A stretch of 64,000 nt of DNA from Methanotrichaceae archaeon (GCA_963748825.1 CAVVKN010000007.1:1-64000); one strand, 5' to 3'. Shown: positions 40,182 to 51,544, counted from the stretch's first letter. Notes: generated from the sequence alone by a model not told the origin. Made by a program: numbers and translations.

Positions 40182-40483
40182 AAGCTCGTTCTCGACGCAA
40201 TTCATCTCGTCATCGGGACGAAAGACTTGGGATGAATGCCCTGCTCATGGAGCGATCTAAGCCAGGAGGCTTGCCACCCCAACGCCTCAGCGACTACGCA
40301 TATCTTGAATTCTCGGTCGTTGTGCCGTCTCATTTTCATCTACATTGATGTTGCTTAACTCATTGTCCACTCGTATGGGTTCACTACAATCTATAATTTC
40401 GCTTTTTCATCGGTCAATGTATTATTAACATTATGAGAATGGTATTATAGTTAAAGATAAGAAGCTGGATCACCATCTGAGAA

Positions 40484-41074
40484 ATGAAAAGGAGAAATGA
40501 AAAATCTTGGAAATTTGGAGGCTTGGATATGGATGCTTTTGTCGAATCTATTGATTCCTGGCGAGATTTCTATATGCTGACCGGTTCTGCATCTGCAACT
40601 CTCGTTGGGCTGATCTTTGTTGCAGTCACATTGCATATTGATGTCATAGCCGAGGAAAAAAAGTCAAGCGACATTCGCATGCTCGCAGAAGAAATATTTA
40701 TAAATTTCTTGATGATTTTATCCTTTGCCTTCATTTTCTTGATACCGTCAGATACACCCACTGGAGTCGGCTATCCGCTTCTCATTCTGGGCACGATACA
40801 AATAGTGCATACAGCCATTCTGTGGCTGAGATTCTTAAGAAGCAGGGGCGAGCATAGGGTCTTCGCATCAAGCATGATCTTAAGCGGACTATTGATTCCC
40901 AATACGATCTGTTACTTGACTTTGATTGTTATCGGCGCAGACGTCCTGCAGGGCGGGACTCACTACCTGGGTTGGATGGTGATGGTAATAGTATGGTTGA
41001 CCATCTCAGCAGTCAAGAATACCTGGCATTTGATGATGAGAGTTGCCGAACTGAAGCGAAACCGCCAGGATTAA
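40484..41074 (+). CDS. Membrane protein (W..F....GSASATL.GL.FVA family)
   Basis: About five hydrophobic helices and a conserved-looking N-terminal motif; start may be 40529. Confidence 0.75.
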   Translation: MKRRNEKSWKFGGLDMDAFVESIDSWRDFYMLTGSASATLVGLIFVAVTLHIDVIAEEKKSSDIRMLAEEIFINFLMILSFAFIFLIPSDTPTGVGYPLLILGTIQIVHTAILWLRFLRSRGEHRVFASSMILSGLLIPNTICYLTLIVIGADVLQGGTHYLGWMVMVIVWLTISAVKNTWHLMMRVAELKRNRQD

Positions 41075-41123
41075 GGAATCATGCATAGAAAAATCTCTGG
41101 GCCGAAAAAGTATTTAGGCTTGA

Positions 41124-42359
41124 ATGGCTAGCATTGTCTCCGATGCAGCCGCCAAGAGAAAGGGGATGTGCCCTCTGAACGACGATCTCTGGGTCATCTC
41201 ATTCCTGGGCAAAGACCGGCCGGGACTGATTCGCGATATCCTGGAGCAGCCTGCCCAGCAGAACGTGAATATCGTAGATATGGATCAGCGAGTGATGCAG
41301 GGCATATTCGTCATGTCTGTGGTAGCAGATTTTGCCAATGCACGCGTCACAGCTCGCGAGCTTGAGGCATGGCTGTCAAAGAAAGCAGGGAACCTTGGCA
41401 TTCAGTTCGGCTTCCTGCCCCTCGGCCAGTACCGGGGCCGGAGGCGGTCGAAGAAGAGCCTGCACGTCGTCACCATTCTGGCCAAAGACCGGGCAGGCAT
41501 CATCCGCGATGTGGCAAACGTGGCTGCTGGAAATAAGATCAATATCGAACGGGCATCGGTCACGGCACGTGGCGATCTCATCTCCATTGAATTTCTCATG
41601 GACTTTTCCGATTGCGATGAGGATGATTGCAAAGCCAAGCTCAAAAAGGAATGCGAGCTGCTCGGCCTGGACGTGGTGATTCAGGAGCTGGGCCGCTCCC
41701 GCAAAGAGAAGCGGCTCATCGTCTTTGACATGGACATGACCATTGTCGATTTCGAGATCATCAACAAGCTGGCCGGCTTTGCCGGAGTGGACGAGCAGGT
41801 AAAAGCGATAACTGAGAAGGCCATGAACGGAGAGATGGACTTCAAGGAGTCGCTGCGCCAGAGGGTGCTCCTCCTCAAGGGAATGCCGCAGAGCACATTG
41901 CAGGAGATTGCATCCGACCTGCAGCTTACCCCCGGATCGGAGGAGCTTCTGCATCATCTAAAGCACGTGGGCTACAAGATCGCCCTCATCAGCGGCGGCT
42001 TTACCTATTTTACCGATGTGCTCAAAGAGCAGCTGGGCTTTGACTACACCTTTGCCAATGAGCTGGAGATTGAGGACGGCGTTCTCACCGGCAAGATCAA
42101 AGGGGATATCATCGATGCCGAGGCCAAGGGTGGCATCATCTACCGGCTGGCGGAGCTGGAGAAAATCAGCCCGGACAGCATCGTGGCCGTGGGAGATGGA
42201 GCCAACGACTGCCTCATGATCAAGAACGCAGGCCTCGGTGTGGCCTTCAATGCCAAAGAGGTTTTAAAGAAGGTATCCGACGGATCACTGTCCCGGGAGA
42301 ACCTGCTGGGGCTGCTCAATGTCCTGGGCCTGGCAGAGAAGGAAAAAGAGATGCTTTAA
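41124..42359 (+). CDS. serB: Phosphoserine phosphatase with two ACT domains
   Basis: GKDRPG and AKDRAG ACT motifs; FDMDMT, ISGGF and VGDGAND HAD motifs. Confidence 0.95.
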   Translation: MASIVSDAAAKRKGMCPLNDDLWVISFLGKDRPGLIRDILEQPAQQNVNIVDMDQRVMQGIFVMSVVADFANARVTARELEAWLSKKAGNLGIQFGFLPLGQYRGRRRSKKSLHVVTILAKDRAGIIRDVANVAAGNKINIERASVTARGDLISIEFLMDFSDCDEDDCKAKLKKECELLGLDVVIQELGRSRKEKRLIVFDMDMTIVDFEIINKLAGFAGVDEQVKAITEKAMNGEMDFKESLRQRVLLLKGMPQSTLQEIASDLQLTPGSEELLHHLKHVGYKIALISGGFTYFTDVLKEQLGFDYTFANELEIEDGVLTGKIKGDIIDAEAKGGIIYRLAELEKISPDSIVAVGDGANDCLMIKNAGLGVAFNAKEVLKKVSDGSLSRENLLGLLNVLGLAEKEKEML

Positions 42360-42408
42360 TTTTTATTAAAAAATATTGAAATATTTAGATCAAAGGCCGC
42401 TCTGGGCC

Positions 42409-42780
42409 TCACATTAATTCTTTAGGATTAGGATATTTTACGTCGAAGGTGTACCAGCTGTAGCCATTTATCCCTTCCTCATAGACCGAGGAATAGTTCA
42501 GATCCATGCTGAGGCGGAAGAAGCCATTCGGCCGGTTATTGGGTGCACCCCAGGAGTTTAGCAGTATCCAGTAGCGGTTATTGGGATCGGTATCGTTGTA
42601 GCCCAGGCAAAGGACGGTATGAGCACCGTTATCGGGACCATCGGAGTATGAACTGCCCCTTCTGGGCGTCCAGACTGCTTCCTCTGGCTCAGAGTTCCAG
42701 AACTCCATGAAGGGAGACCAGTCGTCCAATGCGTAATTGAAGATCACTGCCTTATTGGAGGCAAGGACTTGCCATGCTCT
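42409..42780 (-). pseudogene. C1 (papain-like) cysteine peptidase, C-terminal fragment
   Basis: AHTVLCLGY and YWILLNSWG (catalytic His/Asn) present; catalytic Cys region absent, cut at the hicA relic. Confidence 0.75.
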
Positions 42781-42789
42781 GCGCCTCTT

Positions 42790-43139
42790 CTAGCGCTCCA
42801 GCAGTTCCAGAAACTCCTTCTTGCTCATCCTCACATCGCTCATTATCTCCATCAGAATTCCCTGCCAAAGTTCTTCTCCTAGATACACGGGGATTACTGT
42901 GCTCCTGCCATCGGGATGCTTCATGATAAGGTAGCTGCCTCTTTGCCTTACTGGATGAAAGCCAATTTTTCTCAGGGTTTTGACGACAACCTCGGCTTCA
43001 ACAGGTCTCAACTCAACAACTTGCACACCCACAAAGCTTCCCATAGTGCTGCTTCCTTCTGTCTCCAGATAGAGCAAAATGGCCTCCTTGATTCTGCTCA
43101 TTAAATCGTCAGGGCTTTTTGGCCTGTGTGTGACAGCCG
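42790..43139 (-). pseudogene. Degenerate hicB-hicA pair fused in one frame, 5' end cut by IS1
   Basis: HicB tail (LMSRIKEAILLYLE...FVGVQVVE) runs into HicA (GFHPVRQRGSY...TVIPVY); catalytic GSH is GSY. Confidence 0.75.
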
Positions 43140-43640
43140 GGTGGTGATTCAACTATAGGTTGTTATAAATAGACATATACTGCATATGCACATGGGTGTA
43201 GCAAAATGGGAAAAAGAGGTCCAAAACCACGATTCTTGGATGTGGCATGTCCAAATGAGAAGTGTACTCTATTTGGAGTTGCTGGAAAAGGAAACGTTAC
43301 TGTCTATGGCACCTATGAGAGAAGTTCCGGCAAGGGCAGGAAATTTGTCTGCCATACATGCGAAACTACGTTCTGTGATAGAACTAACACGCCATTTTAT
43401 GACCTGCGAACAGATGAAAAGAAAGTCGAGATGGCTTTAAAAATGGCAATGCACGGAATGAGCGTCTTAGGGATCGCAGAGACCCTAGAGGTAAAACCGT
43501 CTACCGCAAGCACTTGGGTCTCCAGAGCGGGGATTCATTGCGAAAAAGTTAATGAAATTGTTTTAAACGACGTCGAGACGCCAAAAGTTGAGATGGACGA
43601 ACTCTGGACATTCGTGGGAAAAAAACGTTGCCCCGGAAAG
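43140..43640 (+). mobile_element. Partial IS1-family element (Zn-ribbon + HTH + start of DDE)
   Basis: End GGTGGTGATTCAAC; CPNEKC/CHTC; EMDELWTFVGKK followed by an A7 run; remainder missing (ORF 43206-43652). Confidence 0.8.
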
Positions 43641-44300
43641 GGCACAATCTAGAAATCCAGTGATATAGTGAAGGCAGGATACATCCACCCGAAAATATTT
43701 TAATCTTCAAGCGAAATGTACCCTGTGTGACCCTTCAATGACACAAATACAGCTTACCATGAAAAACTTTCCCTTCGTCGAACAGTTGAAAGCGATTTTC
43801 GAGGGATATTCGGACGATTACGAGTACACTTCGAATGGAATCTTCCGCAAAATTAAACCACAATTATGTACTGATTGCGGGACTCCCATGAACCATAATG
43901 GCTTCAATAATCATACCAAGAGGCTACTCGGAGATGTTAAGATAGGCAAATATCTGTGTCCCAATTGCAGCAAAAATATTGAGGAAGAACATGGGTTTTG
44001 GGAGAACGCGACGAGCGCATTTTTCGGATTATTTGGCGGTCTTTGTCAGCTCCTGAGGGTTAATCATGTCTCCCTGGAGGTAATCGAGAAAGTATCAAAC
44101 TACATCTATCCGCGCAGCAAGGACACCATTTGCACGATGATCAAATCTGCGACAGACAATATGGTGGTTCCCAATATCGGAGATGTTCAATTTGTTCACT
44201 ATGATGAGCAACATCCCAAGACAGGTAGAAGTCAGAAATACCGACTAACTCTCCTCGATTATAGGACGAAACAAGTGATTGCAGATGAGTTATTCGACTC
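43641..44300 (+). mobile_element. Truncated second IS (ISNCY-like archaeal transposase, ORF from 43738)
   Basis: CTDCG...HNG...YLCPNC zinc finger and HYDEQHPK...RLTLLD DDE start; homology stops near ADELFDS. Confidence 0.7.
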
Positions 44301-44359
44301 CGATCTGCTGTCCCGGCCGGTGAAGTTATGGCCCCGGAAGAGGTTTTTGGTATCGTTAG

Positions 44360-44553
44360 CCCGCAGACCCCTATATAGCCCGGATGCAGGAGTTGTGTGG
44401 AAGTGTGGACTATTGCGGTCTGCTCCACTCAATCAAACCGGATCGTAATCCTTGCGAGGCTTAAAACCCCCAACTGCTCAGCGTCCTGCACATTCATTAT
44501 GGCAACTGCTTTCCACCCGCTTCCAACCCTAAGAACGCCGCTCTAAGCATCAT
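44360..44553 (-). pseudogene. AMP phosphorylase/thymidine phosphorylase-family N-terminal remnant
   Basis: MLRAAFLGLEAGGK/AVAIMNVQDAEQLGVLSLARITIRFD*VEQTAIVHTSTQLLHPGYIGV with one frameshift and one stop. Confidence 0.5.
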
Positions 44554-44652
44554 TTCCAGCATATATCTTCTGCGAAAAGAACAAAATATCAATAGACGGG
44601 AGCAAATTTAGATCTTTCTAATACCTGAAGAAATTGCTGAAAAAAAAGAGCG

Positions 44653-46329
44653 TCAAAGGAAGTCTTCTGACCCTTCCTCATCTCGAACGCCTTCATCCTG
44701 ATGAGGCGGGTTGATAAGATCCGGCAAATTCAAGGCAGAGGCAGGTATGCCCATCGATATGGATGTCTTTCGCAGCTCCCTGATGATGGACCCGATTCTC
44801 TCGAAGGAAAAGAGTATCTCGGAGACCATCTCACCTGAAGTGCTTTTTGCGGCCAGCCTGATGAGGTATGTCTTGTAATGCCAGTTTAACACCTGGCGCA
44901 GCAGTTCATCATTAGCGCGCATTTTTCTATCGACATCTTCCGGCATTTCCGGGAATGCTGCCATAAGATATTCGATATTCTCCCGACAAGGGCTCGCCAT
45001 CTCCAGCATTTCAATGTAGGAATCCTGAGATAGTGTCATCTTCTTCTCACTCATCAGCTCAAATTTTTTTGCCATGGATACCATCTGCTGCGCCATCAAA
45101 CCGCCAAGGTCGGCAACTCGTGCTAGAATAGCAATGTGGGCGGCATCTTCCACTGATATCTCTCGATTGGAAAGAGAGACGATGGCTGATATGATCTGAG
45201 AATGCAGATAATCGACATAGTCCCTCAAATGCACAATTCTTGAACACATGTCTGCACTGCCGGATGCGACCTGCAGAGTACTCTCAAATATATCTTTGCA
45301 GATCCTCAGCATGTGCACAATCTCCTTCTCCACCAGAGCTATGGCTGCTGAGACATCATCGGGCAGCTTTGGGGAGATATGCTCGGTCACGAATACTATC
45401 TCTCCATCCTTTTGCGGCAATATCCTCATGATGAAGCTGGAAAACGGCCTTATAGCCAGCAGAAATATAATCGCAGAGGTAGAATTAAAGATGAGATGAG
45501 CATTTGCTACCTGCTGAGCGGCAGTGCCTCCCATGTTTTCAACAAAGAACGAAAAGTCCTCAATTAACGGCAGGAAGAGAAGCACACCCAGGAAATTGAA
45601 GAGAAACTGAGCAAATGCTGTGCGCTTTGCCGCGGTATTCATGGAGAGGGAGACGACAAGCCCGGTTGTTGTTGTTCCGATATTGGCTCCCAGTATCACC
45701 GGAATGGCCTGGGCTGCCGTGATCAGGCCGCTTTGGGCCATGACGACGATCAGGCCAGCTGTGACAGAGCTTGACTGGAATATATTTGTTATGACAAAGC
45801 CGATGACAATTGCCGTCAGGACATTATCGGCCATGGAGAGCAGAGCTAGAACATCGGCATTTCCCTGCAATGGGGATACTATCGATGAGATCAGATTCAG
45901 GCTGTAGAAGACCAGCCCGAAGTAAAATACCGGCTTGCCATAGGCTCGATAGGGGCCGCGAATCAGGCTGGCGGCAAATCCCAGGATCACAAATAGCGGG
46001 GCGAATGCCGTCAGTTTAAAAGCAACAAGCTGCGCAGTGAGGGTTGTGCCTATGTTTGCCCCAATAATTAGTCCGAGGGAACCCAGGAAAGAAATTGCTC
46101 CCGCATTTACGAGCCCTACGGCGATGATGGTGGTGGCAGTGCTGGACTGAAGGATGGCCGTGACCGCCGCCCCGGCAAGAGCGCCGCGAAGAGGGGTCCT
46201 TGTCGCCTTTTGCAGCAAGGCTCGGAAGCGTTCGCCTGCCACATGCCGCACTTCCTCTGAAAAATTCTCGATGCCGTAGAGGAATAATATGACCGCGGGA
46301 ATTACGGCATATAATAAATCCCATATCAT
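44653..46329 (-). CDS. Na+/phosphate cotransporter family protein
   Basis: Two QSS...GANIGTT repeats and a helical PhoU-like C-terminus. Confidence 0.92.
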   Translation of the reverse strand: MIWDLLYAVIPAVILFLYGIENFSEEVRHVAGERFRALLQKATRTPLRGALAGAAVTAILQSSTATTIIAVGLVNAGAISFLGSLGLIIGANIGTTLTAQLVAFKLTAFAPLFVILGFAASLIRGPYRAYGKPVFYFGLVFYSLNLISSIVSPLQGNADVLALLSMADNVLTAIVIGFVITNIFQSSSVTAGLIVVMAQSGLITAAQAIPVILGANIGTTTTGLVVSLSMNTAAKRTAFAQFLFNFLGVLLFLPLIEDFSFFVENMGGTAAQQVANAHLIFNSTSAIIFLLAIRPFSSFIMRILPQKDGEIVFVTEHISPKLPDDVSAAIALVEKEIVHMLRICKDIFESTLQVASGSADMCSRIVHLRDYVDYLHSQIISAIVSLSNREISVEDAAHIAILARVADLGGLMAQQMVSMAKKFELMSEKKMTLSQDSYIEMLEMASPCRENIEYLMAAFPEMPEDVDRKMRANDELLRQVLNWHYKTYLIRLAAKSTSGEMVSEILFSFERIGSIIRELRKTSISMGIPASALNLPDLINPPHQDEGVRDEEGSEDFL

Positions 46330-46384
46330 TCAAATTCCTCAAGCATGCGGCAACAAATGATAATAACTAGCATCTCTCTTAGTA

Positions 46385-48421
46385 TCATTCCGCCTTTATT
46401 ATCTTAGACGCAGAAACCTTCAGCTCAGGGGTTCCTGACAATGGGTCCACTGCCCAGCCGGTGAGGATATTGGCAGGTGCCTGGCTGAAATGAAACGGGA
46501 TGAATATCGTTCCCTGCTGCACATTATCCGTTATAATGGCTTCGATCGCTATCTGACCCCGTCTTGTCTTCACGATGACCATCTCCCCATTACTTATCCC
46601 TAATCTCTCTGCATCTTCATGATTGACCTCTACCGCCGGACCGGGCATAGCCATCTCCGGCAGATTTGTACGTCTGGTCATGGTATCAGTATGAAACCTG
46701 TGGCCGCTTCGCCCCGTAATCAGCAGCAACGGGAATTCGCTGTCTGCAGTCTCATAGGCTTCCTGATACTCGGCCGGCCTGAATTTGGCTTTGCCCCTTG
46801 GAAATCTATGGACGTGCATGATGGCAGTTCCAGGATGGCCAGGGTGAGGACACGGCCATTGAAGGCCGCCCATAGTATCCAGCCGGGAATAGCTGATTCC
46901 GCCGTATGTAGGCGTAAGGGAGGCTATCTCCTCCATTATCTGAGACGGGGAGCTGTATTCTCCGAAGAGGCCTGACAAACGCAGCATTCGTGAGAGGACC
47001 TTCCACTCCGGCTGAGCCTCTCCAGGGGGCGCTACGGCCTGTCTGATCCTTTGCACCCTGCGTTCCATGGATGTAAAAGTGCCGTCCTTCTCAACAAATG
47101 ATGCTGCAGGGAGGACGACATCGGCCATCACGGAGGTCTCGGTGGGAAATATGTCCCAGACCAGCAGGAACTCCAGCGACTCCAGGGCCTTTTTGATCAT
47201 AGTGCTGTTTGGATAGCTGAGCATGGGATTCTCCCCTACTATGATCAGCCCCTTTAGCTGCCCGGCCTCTGCAGCTTGCATCATCTGCAGTGCCGTCATC
47301 CCCGGCGTATCGGGCAGAGAAAGTCCCCAGGCGCTCTCGAACTTCTCCCTGGCCACGGTCACCTGCTGGTATCCAGTGTATACCCCGGGCAGCGCCCCCA
47401 TATCACATGCTCCCTGCACATTCTGATGGCCTCTCAGAGGATAAAGCCCAGTCCCTTCACGTCCTATATTTCCGGTGGCCAGGGCCATGTTGGCCAGACC
47501 CTGGACGTTATTCGTTCCGGATTTATGCTGGGTTATGCCCATGGCATAGGCGATAGCTCCCCGGTCTGCGGACCCATAGGCAATAGCTGCCTCCCTGATC
47601 TTTGCAGCAGGAATGCCGGTGATAGCCTCGGCCTTACCGGGCGAAAACCTCTCCACAACCTGCATCAGCTCCTGCAGCCCTTCGGTTCTACTGGATATGA
47701 ACTCTTTATCCTCCAGCCCTTCTTTGAAGATGACGTGGAGAAAGGCATTGATCCAGGCGAGGTCAGTTCCTGGGTTTGGGGCCAGGTGAATGTCGGCCAT
47801 GCGGGCCATGCTTGTGCGACGTGGATCAACCACGATCATCTTCGCCCCCTGCTTTCTGGCCAGCCTGACATAAGGGACAAACATGGTGTGGTGATCGGTG
47901 GTGTTGGATCCGACCATAAGAATGCATTGAGCATCAGCGATACTCCGGATGGAGTTGGTCATTGCCCCGCAGCCAAGAGCCCTGGTGAGGCCCACCACCG
48001 TAGGGGCGTGACAGAGACGCGCCACATTGTCTACATTGTTGGTCTGAAGGGCAGAGCGTGCCAGCTTCATCAACAAGTAGTTCTCCTCATTGGTGCCCTT
48101 GGCCGAGGTGAGTACGCCCAGGGAGACGGGATCGGCTTTCTTGATCTCATTGAGTTTGCCAAGGGAAAGGGACAGGGCCTCTCTCCATGAGGATCTAACC
48201 AGAGCCCCGCCCTTCCTGACCAGAGGGAAACGCAGGCGGTCTTCATGACCAGGGAACTCCCAGGCATGGCGGCCCTTGATGCATAACCGACCCTTGGACA
48301 CCGGATGTGAAACCTCCGGTGAGGCCTTAAAGATCTGTCCTTCATTCACATGCAGGACCAGACCGCAACCGCAGCCGCAAAAAACGCATGTTGTATGAAT
48401 GTCTTGGGTTGTTCCCATCAT
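46385..48421 (-). CDS. fdhA: Formate dehydrogenase alpha subunit (Cys-type, Mo/W-bisPGD)
   Basis: CVFCGCGC...LCIKG 4Fe-4S site, ARLCHAPT, LRGHQNVQGACDMG, EKDGTFTS.ERR motifs. Confidence 0.92.
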   Translation of the reverse strand: MMGTTQDIHTTCVFCGCGCGLVLHVNEGQIFKASPEVSHPVSKGRLCIKGRHAWEFPGHEDRLRFPLVRKGGALVRSSWREALSLSLGKLNEIKKADPVSLGVLTSAKGTNEENYLLMKLARSALQTNNVDNVARLCHAPTVVGLTRALGCGAMTNSIRSIADAQCILMVGSNTTDHHTMFVPYVRLARKQGAKMIVVDPRRTSMARMADIHLAPNPGTDLAWINAFLHVIFKEGLEDKEFISSRTEGLQELMQVVERFSPGKAEAITGIPAAKIREAAIAYGSADRGAIAYAMGITQHKSGTNNVQGLANMALATGNIGREGTGLYPLRGHQNVQGACDMGALPGVYTGYQQVTVAREKFESAWGLSLPDTPGMTALQMMQAAEAGQLKGLIIVGENPMLSYPNSTMIKKALESLEFLLVWDIFPTETSVMADVVLPAASFVEKDGTFTSMERRVQRIRQAVAPPGEAQPEWKVLSRMLRLSGLFGEYSSPSQIMEEIASLTPTYGGISYSRLDTMGGLQWPCPHPGHPGTAIMHVHRFPRGKAKFRPAEYQEAYETADSEFPLLLITGRSGHRFHTDTMTRRTNLPEMAMPGPAVEVNHEDAERLGISNGEMVIVKTRRGQIAIEAIITDNVQQGTIFIPFHFSQAPANILTGWAVDPLSGTPELKVSASKIIKAE

Positions 48422-48804
48422 ATCTGTATTCTGAAGAACTCAGTGATATGGTTTTTGGTGAGTATTACCGGTGGACTTCAGGGATTCTCCTTGAGCTTTA
48501 CCTGGAACTCAAGCTCCCTCCTGCTTGGATATAGATCTCTCTGCCAAAGGTTTATGCAATTGGTTTTCGCCATATGGACGGGCATTCTCCTGGTTGAGAT
48601 CGAGAGTCCTCCTTCGGGCATAAAAAAGAAAACTCTAGGCGAGATGGTTGATCAAGTCAGATCGGAATCTATTGTCGACTTGATGGCTATTGGACTAAAA
48701 GTTGGGAAGTAGAGTTATAATTTGAATGATGCGCAGGTATGTAACAGGAACATATTTATAAATATAAATAGAAACTAGAAACTTATTATAAGGAGATAAT
48801 ACTA

Positions 48805-51537
48805 ATGGCGTCTGAGTCTGAAAATAAGTGGCATGCCCTGAATACTGACCAGGTTCTGCAAAAATTGGATAGCAACTCACGGGGTTTGAGTTCGGATGAG
48901 GCTGTCAGACGCTACAAGTCTTTCGGCCCCAATGAGCTGGAGGAAGGCAAGAAACTGAGCAAGCTCGCTCTGGCAATCGAGCAGGTGAAAAATCCTCTTA
49001 TCGCCGTCCTCGGCCTGGCTGCCGTCATCTCCTTTCTGGCTGACAAGATGATAGATGCAGCCGTTATAATTGCCGTAATTTGCATCAACACTGCTCTGGG
49101 TTTTTTTAAAGAGTATAAAGCGGAAGAGGCCATTTTGGCGCTCAGATCCCAGGCTTCGGCCGAAGCCAGGGTCTTGCGGGATTGCCCGGAGGCGGGAATC
49201 TGCCAGGAGATGCGCATCAAATCCCAGGAGGTAGTTCCTGGCGACATCATTCTTCTGGAGGCAGGTGCAAAGGTCCCGGCCGACTCGCGCATCATCGAGC
49301 AGGCGAATTTAGAGGTGGATGGATCCATGCTCACCGGCGAATCGGTGCCTGCGAGAAAAACGGCCGACACTCTGGAAGGAGGCCTGGTCATTGCGGAAAG
49401 GGACAATATCATTTTTGCAGGAACGGTGGTCACATCCGGAAGGTGCAAAGCCGCTGTATTTGCCACGGGAATGAATAGCGAGATGGGAAAGATTGCCCGG
49501 CAGATAACCAAAACACAGAAGGCCAAGACTCCCCTCAAGAGGCGCACTCTGGATCTCTCCAAGAAACTGATGATTCTGGCACTCTTCGCCAGCAGCCTGA
49601 CAATGGTGGTGGGTTTTTGGCGAGGATTTGAACTCATCGAGCTGTTTCTCTTTACACTGGCCATGGCAGTCTCAGCCATCCCCGAGGGCCTTCCCGCAGC
49701 CATAACCGTCACCTTAGCGGTGGGAGTCAGCCGCATGGCAGGCCGCCACGCCATCATCCGCAGACTTGATGCTGTGGAGACGCTGGGGTCGGTCACCGCG
49801 GTTTGCACTGATAAGACCGGAACTCTGACCACCAATCAGATGACGGTTCAAAAGATTTTCCTGGCGGGCCGCATGGTTGATGTCTCAGGGATAGGATTTC
49901 AGCCCGAGGGCGGCTTTGAGCTGGATAAAGTGCCGCTGAAGGCATTGGAGGACGAGAGCCTGGCCATGTTTCTTAAGATCGCGGCCCTGTGCAATGATGC
50001 ATCTCTTAAAACCCATAAAGAAGAGAAAGATAGATGGGAAATTCTGGGAGACCCGACAGAGGGCGCTTTGGTGGTGGCTTCGGCCAAAGCCGGTCTGCAT
50101 AAGAGCGAGCTTGATGAAAGCTATCCCCGCATCGACGAGATACCCTTTGATCCAAAGAACAGGTACATGTCAACCATTCACCGCACTGCTTCGGGAGAGG
50201 TGCTGGCATTGCTCAAAGGAGCGCCGGAGACGATCCTCGATATGTGCTCCCGGGTTTTGGAGAATGGAAAACTTGCGGACCTCACCAGGGAGAAAAAGGA
50301 TGATTATCTTGTGGCCGGCTCCCAGATGGCTGGAGAGGCCCTGAGGGTCCTGGCCATGGCCTATGTCGCTATTGCCCCTGAAGAGATTGAAAATTTTAAA
50401 AAGAACGGCCCTGGCAATCTGATTTTTTCCGGTTTTTCAGGTATGATCGATCCACCCAGGCCTGAGGCCATCAGGTCTGTAAAGCTTTGCAAGAGAGCGG
50501 GAATAAAGGTTACCATGGCCACGGGAGATCATAAGGTAACCGCACAGGCCATAGCCAGGGAGATTGGAATCTATGAGGAAGGGTCGAAGGTTCTGACCGG
50601 CCTGGACCTGGACAGCCTGAGCGATAAAGAGCTGGACGATTTAATTCAGGATACCACCGTCTTCGCCCGCGTCTCTCCCAAGCATAAGCATCGCATAGTG
50701 CAATCGCTGCAGAGAAGAGGTCACATCGTAGCCATGACCGGAGACGGAGTCAATGACGCTCCTGCCCTCAAGGCGGCAGAGATCGGCATCGCCATGGGCA
50801 TAACAGGAACCGATGTCACCAAAGAGACTGCGGACATGATTCTGACGGATGACAACTTTCAGAGCATAGTGAACGCGGTGGAAGAGGGCAGGGTTATCTT
50901 CGAGAATATCAGAAAGGTGGTGAAATATCTCATCAGCACAAATGCGGGAGAGATCCTCACCATCCTGGTGGCCCTGGTATTCCTGGCTATAAATGTGCTG
51001 ATCTTCACTCCGGTGCAGATCCTGTGGGTCAATTTGGTGACCGACGGGCTGCTGGTAATAAATCTGGCCATGGAGCCCAAAGAAGAGGATGTGATGGACC
51101 AGCCACCCAGAAACCCCAAGGCAAACATCATCAATATGGATGTCCTGAAAAATGTGTTGTTTGTTGCTGTTTTCATGGCCGCAGGAACGCTCTTTGTGTT
51201 CATTAGGGAGCTGAATGGCGGAGACATCTACAGGGCTCAGACTTTAGGCTTTACCACCCTGGCCATGTTCCAGATATTCAATGCACTCAACTGCAGGTCC
51301 AGAGACAAGTCCGTCTTTCAGATCGGACTGTTCAGCAACAAATATCTGATAGCGGCCATAGCCGTATCCTTAACCCTGCAGCTGTTGGCGACAACGTTGC
51401 CATTCTTTCAGATGGCACTGGGAACGGTTGCGCTCTCGCTTAATGATTGGGCTACCATCTTTGCCGTCTCAAGTACGGTATTCGTGGCCGATGAGCTGAG
51501 GAAGCTGGTAAAAAGAAAAAGGATGCAAAGTGACTGA
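48805..51537 (+). CDS. Cation-transporting P-type ATPase (type IIA, Ca2+-like)
   Basis: LTGES, IPEGL, DKTGTLT, KGAPE, MTGDGVND and QILWVNLVTD motifs. Confidence 0.96.
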   Translation: MASESENKWHALNTDQVLQKLDSNSRGLSSDEAVRRYKSFGPNELEEGKKLSKLALAIEQVKNPLIAVLGLAAVISFLADKMIDAAVIIAVICINTALGFFKEYKAEEAILALRSQASAEARVLRDCPEAGICQEMRIKSQEVVPGDIILLEAGAKVPADSRIIEQANLEVDGSMLTGESVPARKTADTLEGGLVIAERDNIIFAGTVVTSGRCKAAVFATGMNSEMGKIARQITKTQKAKTPLKRRTLDLSKKLMILALFASSLTMVVGFWRGFELIELFLFTLAMAVSAIPEGLPAAITVTLAVGVSRMAGRHAIIRRLDAVETLGSVTAVCTDKTGTLTTNQMTVQKIFLAGRMVDVSGIGFQPEGGFELDKVPLKALEDESLAMFLKIAALCNDASLKTHKEEKDRWEILGDPTEGALVVASAKAGLHKSELDESYPRIDEIPFDPKNRYMSTIHRTASGEVLALLKGAPETILDMCSRVLENGKLADLTREKKDDYLVAGSQMAGEALRVLAMAYVAIAPEEIENFKKNGPGNLIFSGFSGMIDPPRPEAIRSVKLCKRAGIKVTMATGDHKVTAQAIAREIGIYEEGSKVLTGLDLDSLSDKELDDLIQDTTVFARVSPKHKHRIVQSLQRRGHIVAMTGDGVNDAPALKAAEIGIAMGITGTDVTKETADMILTDDNFQSIVNAVEEGRVIFENIRKVVKYLISTNAGEILTILVALVFLAINVLIFTPVQILWVNLVTDGLLVINLAMEPKEEDVMDQPPRNPKANIINMDVLKNVLFVAVFMAAGTLFVFIRELNGGDIYRAQTLGFTTLAMFQIFNALNCRSRDKSVFQIGLFSNKYLIAAIAVSLTLQLLATTLPFFQMALGTVALSLNDWATIFAVSSTVFVADELRKLVKRKRMQSD

Positions 51538-51544
51538 AAAAGTA

